Assembly (NCBI GenBank): GCA_046116545.1
Contig: CP175956.1
Coordinates: 641,734 to 705,733, forward strand
DNA: 64,000 nucleotides
From: Candidatus Moraniibacteriota bacterium
GTDB taxonomy: Bacteria; Patescibacteriota; Minisyncoccia; Moranbacterales; GCA-2747515
Reading direction: 5' to 3'
This document shows, in pieces, positions 58,424 to 64,000 of the stretch. The notes under the pieces are model-generated. The model saw nothing but the letters and a program-made list of their open reading frames with translations. It did no database searches and was not told the origin of the DNA. The number at the start of each line of letters is the position of its first letter. Position 1 is the stretch's first letter. The position numbers were made by a program, and so were the translations under genes.

Positions 58424-60883
58424 TTACTTTCTCACCTCAACATCAATTTCTTTTTCAAGAGAACCTATTATGTTTTCTATTTTCTCATCAACATTTTTGG
58501 ATTTCAAAGTTTTCTCATTATCTCCAAAAATTATATGAAATGCCATGGAACGCTCACCAGTTTCTTTATTTGTGTATAGATCAAACAAATCAACATCTTT
58601 TACGAGTTCACCTCCAGCATCATATATGATTCTCTCTACATCACCAACACAAACTCTATCCCCTACCATCATAGATAAATCTCTAGATACAAAAGGGAAC
58701 TTGGCAAGTGGTTCAAAGAAGTTTTCTGATTTCGTTTCAGCTAGCATCACATCAACATTCAACTCACAAACAACTGCACGAGTTTTCTTAAGTCCAAAAT
58801 ATTTACTTGCTTTTTTATCAGTCTCACCCATCCAACCTATCACTTTACCACTTTGCATTTTTATCATCGCTCGTCTTGAAGGATGCAAATTTGGCAAATG
58901 TTCTTTATTTTCATCAAACTCACTATCAAAATAATAATCACCGATATTAATTCTATCAAATAATGTTTCCAACATACCCTTCATTTCAAAGAATTGTGTT
59001 CCGTCATTATCTTTAGAAGCAACGACAGCACCTAAAACAAGTTTTTCATCAGGCAACACAGCGTCAACTGGATCATAAATACGACCAATTTCAAATATTT
59101 GCACTCTATCAAAATAACTAAAGTTCTTTTTTGTAAAATTTAACAAATTTGGCATAAGTGACCTACGCATGATAGCTTGCTCTGGATTCATAGGATTCAT
59201 AAGCGTTATATGATTTTCATCATTCAGTCCTACAGCACGAGCATCATCAAATCCATAAAATGAATAGCTCTTCACTTCATCAAATCCTCCATATACAAAA
59301 ACATCTTTCAATGTTCTTTCAAAGAATCTCTGCTCATTTCTAACAGGTGTCTGTACAGATTCTTTAAGTGGTTTTGATTCTATTTTATCATAACCATACA
59401 TTCTTCCAATTTCTTCTATCAAGTCCTCCTGAGTTTGCAAATCAATCCTTATTGTTGGAATTGTACATATCAATACTTCCCCCTCTCCCTCTGGGAGAGG
59501 GTTGGGGTGAGGGCCATCACATTCAACATTAAGTCTTTCTAAAATACTTTTCATCTCATCAGCTGCTATATCAACACCCAACATTTTAATGACTTTTTTT
59601 GTGTCTAAATTCACACTCCATTTCTCAACTGGCTCAGGATATACATCTGTTACACCTGCCACTGTACCACCTGCCAATTCAATAAATAATTCCACTGCCT
59701 TAGTAGCTGCGATACTTGCTAAATTTGGATCAATGTTTCGTTCAAACCTATAAGCCGCATCTGTTTGCAAGTTATACTTACGTTGAGTTAATCGTACAGA
59801 ACTAGAATCAAAGGAAGCAGCTTCAAGTATGATGTCTTTTGTATCACATGAAATTGCACTACTAAGTCCACCCATAACACCCGCTAACGCAATAGCATCG
59901 CCTTCTCCTGTATTTTCGCCATCAGTTATAACTATATCAGCACTATTTAATTCCACTTCCTGATTATCTAATAACATTATCTTTTCTCCATCACGAGCCT
60001 GTCGTACTTCTATTTTTTTAATATTAGCTGCATCGAAAGCATGTAATGGTTGACCGGTCTCAAGCATTACATAATTTGTAATATCAACAATATTGTTTTT
60101 GGGAGTAATGTCAGAAGACTGCAATCGAGCTTTCATCCAATCAGGCGACTCTTTGATTTCAATATCATCAATCTTTACACCAATATATCTATTACATTTA
60201 GGAGTATCTATAGACACATTCAAAACCCCCTCTCCCTCTGGGAGAGGGCTGGGGTGAGGGCTTTGTTCAGCAGTGTCTTCAAGTGCTTGCATTTCATTAG
60301 CAACACCTGTATAACTCAAACAATCATGTCCACGATTTGGTAAGATATCCAAATCAATTATACTGTCATTCAACTTTACGTACTTAGCAAATTCTTCTCC
60401 AACAGGAGCATCAATAGGCAAAACTATAATGCCATCATGCTCATTACCAATTCCCAATTCATCCTCCGCACAAATCATCCCATTTGATTCTACTCCACGA
60501 ATCTCATTTTTTTTAATTTCAAAAACTTCTGGATCATGTGTAGGAGTTTTTATTATTGGTCGTATTCTTGCACCCACAAGTGCAACAGGAACCTTCTGTC
60601 CAACTTCCAAATTTGGCGCACCACAAACAATCTGTAAACTTCCTCTCCCTTTGGGAGAGGATTGAGGTGAGGGGTCCACATTCACAGTAGCAACGCTAAG
60701 CCTATCAGCATCAGGATGTTTTTCCTTTGTCATCACCTCACCAATAACAACATTATCCAAACCATCAGATAAATCCTCAACACCTTCAACCTCAAAACTA
60801 TGAGCCATAAATAACTCAGCCATTTCATCAACATTCTTTTTTGTCCCACTCAATTCCTTGAGCCAATTGTAACTAAATTTCAT
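58424..60883 (-). CDS. pheT: phenylalanyl-tRNA synthetase beta subunit carrying three in-frame GC-rich palindromic insertions
   Basis: 819 aa; tRNA-binding, B3/B4, B5 and FDX-ACB domains recognisable; insertions at 59478-59515, 60225-60262 and 60641-60678. Confidence 0.9.
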   Translation of the reverse strand: MKFSYNWLKELSGTKKNVDEMAELFMAHSFEVEGVEDLSDGLDNVVIGEVMTKEKHPDADRLSVATVNVDPSPQSSPKGRGSLQIVCGAPNLEVGQKVPVALVGARIRPIIKTPTHDPEVFEIKKNEIRGVESNGMICAEDELGIGNEHDGIIVLPIDAPVGEEFAKYVKLNDSIIDLDILPNRGHDCLSYTGVANEMQALEDTAEQSPHPSPLPEGEGVLNVSIDTPKCNRYIGVKIDDIEIKESPDWMKARLQSSDITPKNNIVDITNYVMLETGQPLHAFDAANIKKIEVRQARDGEKIMLLDNQEVELNSADIVITDGENTGEGDAIALAGVMGGLSSAISCDTKDIILEAASFDSSSVRLTQRKYNLQTDAAYRFERNIDPNLASIAATKAVELFIELAGGTVAGVTDVYPEPVEKWSVNLDTKKVIKMLGVDIAADEMKSILERLNVECDGPHPNPLPEGEGEVLICTIPTIRIDLQTQEDLIEEIGRMYGYDKIESKPLKESVQTPVRNEQRFFERTLKDVFVYGGFDEVKSYSFYGFDDARAVGLNDENHITLMNPMNPEQAIMRRSLMPNLLNFTKKNFSYFDRVQIFEIGRIYDPVDAVLPDEKLVLGAVVASKDNDGTQFFEMKGMLETLFDRINIGDYYFDSEFDENKEHLPNLHPSRRAMIKMQSGKVIGWMGETDKKASKYFGLKKTRAVVCELNVDVMLAETKSENFFEPLAKFPFVSRDLSMMVGDRVCVGDVERIIYDAGGELVKDVDLFDLYTNKETGERSMAFHIIFGDNEKTLKSKNVDEKIENIIGSLEKEIDVEVRK
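59478..59515. repeat. GC-rich palindromic element copy (CCCCCTCTCCCTCTGGGAGAGGGTTGGGGTGAGGGCC) inside pheT
   Basis: Encodes ...GPHPNPLPEGEGEVL... in frame. Confidence 0.8.
60225..60262. repeat. GC-rich palindromic element copy inside pheT
   Basis: AAAACCCCCTCTCCCTCTGGGAGAGGGCTGGGGTGAGGGC; encodes ...SPHPSPLPEGEGVL... Confidence 0.8.
60641..60678. repeat. GC-rich palindromic element copy (diverged) inside pheT
   Basis: CTTCCTCTCCCTTTGGGAGAGGATTGAGGTGAGGGGTCC; encodes ...DPSPQSSPKGRGSLQ... Confidence 0.7.
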
Positions 60884-60901
60884 ATATATTTTTAAAAAAG
60901 A

Positions 60902-61936
60902 TTAAAACTGTTTCGTAAACCGTACATCACCTCCATGAAACAATCGTATATCATTAATCTTGTATTTCATCATTGCAAGTCGCTCCAATCCAAATCCCCA
61001 AGCAAATCCTTGATATTCACCTCTATCATAACCAGCTGCTTCAAATACATTTTGATGTACCATTCCTGCTCCACCCACTTCTATCCATCCTGTGCGTGAA
61101 CATGTAGAGCATCCAGCACCTCCACAGTTTGTACATGATATATCAAATTCAAATCCTGGTTCTACAAATGGGAAATAACTTGGTCGCAGTCTTGCCTTAA
61201 TTTCTTGTCCAAAAAACTCTGAGAAAAATGTCTCTGCAATATATAGAAAATTTGATACACTCACATCTTCACCAACAACCAATGCTTCAAATTGATGAAA
61301 AGTGTGTTCATGTGACGCGTCTGTTGCCTCATTACGGAAAACTCTCCCAGGTACAATCATTCTAAAGGGTGGTTTATGTTTTTCCATGTACCTTACCTGT
61401 ACACCTGAAGTCTGAGTACGCATTACTGTACCAGTTCCTTTCTTACGACCTTCCTCACGTGAAATCCAAAAAGTATCCTGCATATCTCGTCCAGGATGAT
61501 CATCTGGCATATTTATAGCATCAAAGTTATATGACTCACTCTCCAAGTCAGGTCCGTCAGCAATATCAAATCCCATTGATGTAAAAATATTTTCAATATC
61601 TCTTTGTACAATACTCAAAGGATGTAAATGCCCATGAGCATGTTTCGATCCAGGAGCAGATACATCTATCCACTCTTTTTTCTCATCAATAACACTCTCT
61701 AGTGTCATTTTTTTGTCATCTATCAAATGTTGTATTTCTTTTTTAGTTTCATTTGCCAATGGTCCGATTTCCTTTTTTTCTTCTACAGATAAGTCTTTCA
61801 ATCCTTTTAAAATCTCGTTAAAAGCACTCTTCTTACCTAGATAAGAAATTCTAATATCCTCGATAGCATCTAAAGTATCAGCACTTGAAATCTGCTCCAC
61901 AGCATTGTCTTTAATTTGTTGAATTTGTTCTTTCAT
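60902..61936 (-). CDS. pheS: phenylalanyl-tRNA synthetase alpha subunit
   Basis: Class II motifs (FRNE, GFAWGFGLERL), HPxRDMQD region. Confidence 0.95.
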   Translation of the reverse strand: MKEQIQQIKDNAVEQISSADTLDAIEDIRISYLGKKSAFNEILKGLKDLSVEEKKEIGPLANETKKEIQHLIDDKKMTLESVIDEKKEWIDVSAPGSKHAHGHLHPLSIVQRDIENIFTSMGFDIADGPDLESESYNFDAINMPDDHPGRDMQDTFWISREEGRKKGTGTVMRTQTSGVQVRYMEKHKPPFRMIVPGRVFRNEATDASHEHTFHQFEALVVGEDVSVSNFLYIAETFFSEFFGQEIKARLRPSYFPFVEPGFEFDISCTNCGGAGCSTCSRTGWIEVGGAGMVHQNVFEAAGYDRGEYQGFAWGFGLERLAMMKYKINDIRLFHGGDVRFTKQF

Positions 61937-61963
61937 AAAAAAATATTACCTATTGTCATTCTG

Positions 61964-62036
61964 AATTTATTTCAGAATCTAGGTTTAAGTTAATCTCATA
62001 GTAAATTTGAGATCCTGAGATAAATTCAGGATGACA
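61964..62036. repeat. inverted repeat upstream of pheS containing hairpin-GAATGACAA family copy 3 (61964-61990) and partner TTCAGGATGACA (62025-62036)
   Basis: TGTCATTCTGAATTTATTTCAGAATCT ... TAAATTCAGGATGACA nested inverted repeats immediately 5' of the pheS start. Confidence 0.7.
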
Positions 62037-62136
62037 TTTACTATATTAGCATACCACAAGAAAAAATAAAGGTTCTACTATTTATTTTTACAAAGCCATT
62101 TAACCGATCACACACTTCAAATAAGTTTCCAATGGT

Positions 62137-62236
62137 CTTTGCGAGCAGACGTGATATTTTGTGTATTTTGCGAAGCAATCTCTACAAATTTATTAGCACA
62201 CTTTCAAGATTGCTTCGTCGTACCTCCTCGCAAAGA
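62137..62236. repeat. nested inverted-repeat structure (outer TCTTTGCGAG/CTCGCAAAGA, inner GCGAAGCAATC/GATTGCTTCG) containing the 29-nt dispersed repeat
   Basis: Two concentric 10-bp stems; 3' arm identical to 4457-4485. Confidence 0.7.
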
Positions 62237-62359
62237 CGTTACTTTTGAATATTTTCTTACAACCACTCTTTAAGGTGTGAGAAATTACAAAGTTTTTATT
62301 GATTTCGCTAACATTTCGTGCTATTCTAGTTCAATCAAATAAAGTTCATTTAAAATGAG

Positions 62360-62536
62360 GTACTCGTAAATGAAAAGATTTACACCATACAGGAATAAAC
62401 TCAGATTCCCACAATTATGGGCAAATTATAAAGATGACTTTAATTCTTTCTTTGACCATACGGGACATATGAATACAAATGGCCATCGTGCATACGATAG
62501 ACTGAAACAAAAACGACGTATGAGAATGTGTTATAA
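62360..62536 (+). CDS. tiny basic ORF (58 aa)
   Basis: MKRFTPYRNKLRFPQLWANYKDDF...KRRMRMCYKKS; GAGG RBS; below the ORF-track threshold. Confidence 0.3.
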
Positions 62537-62560
62537 AAAATCATAAGGAGGTATCATTAT

Positions 62561-62740
62561 ATGTTTTCATTCTTAGAAGATGTAGCTGGTATATTTATTT
62601 TTTTAATAATGTGCATAGCATTTGGACTTGCAACAATTATAGAGACACTACATTTCTTTTGGAAAAGTTTTTTCACTAATCTTAGAATTATTAGAGAAAA
62701 TGCACGCACTGACAGCAATATACATCCTACATTATAAGGA
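62561..62740 (+). CDS. tiny membrane ORF (59 aa)
   Basis: Strong RBS AAGGAGGT 8 nt upstream; one TM helix. Confidence 0.4.
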
Positions 62741-62748
62741 GTTTAAAA

Positions 62749-62877
62749 ATGACACTACCTGTTGAAGTTTTTGTTTTACTTGGAATTGTAGCTGGAACAC
62801 TTCTCGTGAAGTCTTTCAAAACTTTTTGCAAAATTGCAAAAAAAAATAGATGCAAAAAAAAAGTACAAGGCACATAA
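62749..62877 (+). CDS. tiny membrane ORF (42 aa)
   Basis: RBS AAGGAG upstream; TM helix then Lys-rich tail. Confidence 0.3.
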   Translation: MTLPVEVFVLLGIVAGTLLVKSFKTFCKIAKKNRCKKKVQGT

Positions 62878-63211
62878 CCTAAGTACAAGCATTGTTTTTT
62901 CTTACATTTGCTTTTCACTTGGATTATTCTACATTTCTGTATTTATCTGCAATCAGTTTTTTACACTAATGTTTATATTGACATTCGCGTGTTTACACTT
63001 CAACCATTTTGTTGATGATTGTACAGCAAGTGCTCAAAAATCCATAACAAATTAACCTCTCCCCATTTTAAGGGGGAGATGTCCATAGGACAGAGGGGGT
63101 TTTTGTAAAATAAAGTTTATTGTTATAGTTCTAACCCCTCCGCCTTACAGACACCTACTCTTCAAAAGGGATGAGGTTTGAAACAATGACATAATTAGCA
63201 ATTCAATTATT

Positions 63212-63250
63212 GAAACTCAAAAGCTCCACGGAAATCCGCGGAGCTTTTAA
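63212..63250. terminator. bidirectional terminator
   Basis: aaaagctccacggaaatccgcggagctttt flanked by T-runs on both strands. Confidence 0.8.
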
Positions 63251-63283
63251 ATTTGTCATAACTTATTTTCGATTAAATTATCA

Positions 63284-64000
63284 CTATAGTGATAATTTAA
63301 TGAAAAACTTTTTACCAACTTTCAAAACTTTCCCATCGTCCTTAGCTTGAAGTAAATATTTTACATCTGTAATTTTTTCTTTATTTATAGAGACACCCCC
63401 TTGTTCAACTTTCCTTCGAGCATCTCCTTTGCTAGTCGCACCCTCAACCGTAACAAGTAATTCCAGTATATTAATCCCCTCTTGTGAGTTAAAAATTTTA
63501 ACATCATCTGGGATTTCTTTTTTTGAGAAAGTATTTATAAAATAATCTTGTGCTTCTTGCGCTTTTTCTTCACCATGGAAAAGTTTTGTGATCTCAAAAG
63601 CTAATTTTATTTTTGCATCACGAGGATTTTCCATTTGTGTCATTTCTTCAATTTCTCCCAAAGTCAGTCTGGTACATCCCAATGCTAATGGCTTTATCAT
63701 ACCATCTGATTGAGACATGACCGCACCAAATAAATCACTTGATTCTAAATTTAAAAATATACCTGTACCATTTGATTTGGACATTAATTGTCCAGTAATT
63801 TCATCAGCAATTAAATTATTAGCAATAACAAACTTCTCTTTCCCTGTTGTTTTTTGTAATAATGTCCTTCCTGCTAATGCATTAAAGATCTGATCAGTAC
63901 CACACATTTCAACATCAACATCTAATGCAACACTATCGTATCCCTGCATCAGTGGATATAGAAACTCATGTAAATAAATTGGCTTACCGTCTTTCAACCT
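63284..64000 (-). CDS. tyrS: tyrosyl-tRNA synthetase, C-terminal portion (gene continues beyond window end)
   Basis: [16 protein letters not shown]-like LMSKSNG, C-terminal S4 domain [18 protein letters not shown]. Confidence 0.8.
   Translation of the reverse strand, partial: RLKDGKPIYLHEFLYPLMQGYDSVALDVDVEMCGTDQIFNALAGRTLLQKTTGKEKFVIANNLIADEITGQLMSKSNGTGIFLNLESSDLFGAVMSQSDGMIKPLALGCTRLTLGEIEEMTQMENPRDAKIKLAFEITKLFHGEEKAQEAQDYFINTFSKKEIPDDVKIFNSQEGINILELLVTVEGATSKGDARRKVEQGGVSINKEKITDVKYLLQAKDDGKVLKVGKKFFIKLSL

Noticed and set aside
61937-62340. T-box leader upstream of pheS
   Set aside because: No T-box consensus (reverse complement CGCGGTACCACC) is present. The region instead contains the hairpin and inverted-repeat elements described above.

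Overview
AT-rich (about 30% GC) bacterial chromosomal segment, with TAA as the dominant stop codon. TGA is also used as a stop, for example at the ATGA start/stop overlap at 18945-18952, so this is standard genetic code rather than a UGA-recoded lineage. Most of the window is housekeeping: aspS with a T-box leader, rpmF-nusB-rnc, purC, def-fmt, priA, gltX, rpmA, pyrG, rplI, galU, two RmlA-like nucleotidyltransferases, glyA, pheST, partial tyrS, recJ, rnhA and an ADP-forming acetyl-CoA synthetase. Many strong rho-independent terminators are visible. A MipA/OmpV-like beta-barrel protein and a DKNYY-domain protein hint at a low-GC diderm or candidate-phylum lineage, but the taxon cannot be fixed from sequence alone. 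No rRNA, tRNA or CRISPR array was found. The window holds two accessory regions. At 0.5-1.5 kb and 48-50.3 kb a conserved GC-containing intergenic element follows small unrelated genes, with six copies in gene orientation. All six share a 24-nt core, GGCCCTATGGGA(N)GAGGTTCGAAC; three are full-length modules of about 110 nt that also carry a near-consensus outward sigma70 promoter. This makes a cassette-like, repeat-punctuated gene array with no recombinase visible. Other notable items are listed here. (i) Three in-frame insertions of a GC-rich palindromic element of about 38 nt inside pheT, encoding PLPEGEG-type peptides. (ii) A three-member family of small 5'-proximal hairpins of form AGATTC-stem-loop-GAATGACAA, with compensatory stem changes. 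(iii) An exact 29-nt dispersed repeat inside a nested inverted repeat upstream of pheS. (iv) A standalone OLD-family ATPase-Toprim nuclease. (v) A P-loop kinase-CYTH fusion with a translationally coupled partner. (vi) A 1.4-kb ORF-free AT-rich region with internal repeats. (vii) A perfect 32-bp GC-rich palindrome between a promoter and a start codon. (viii) A higher-GC gene of unknown function.
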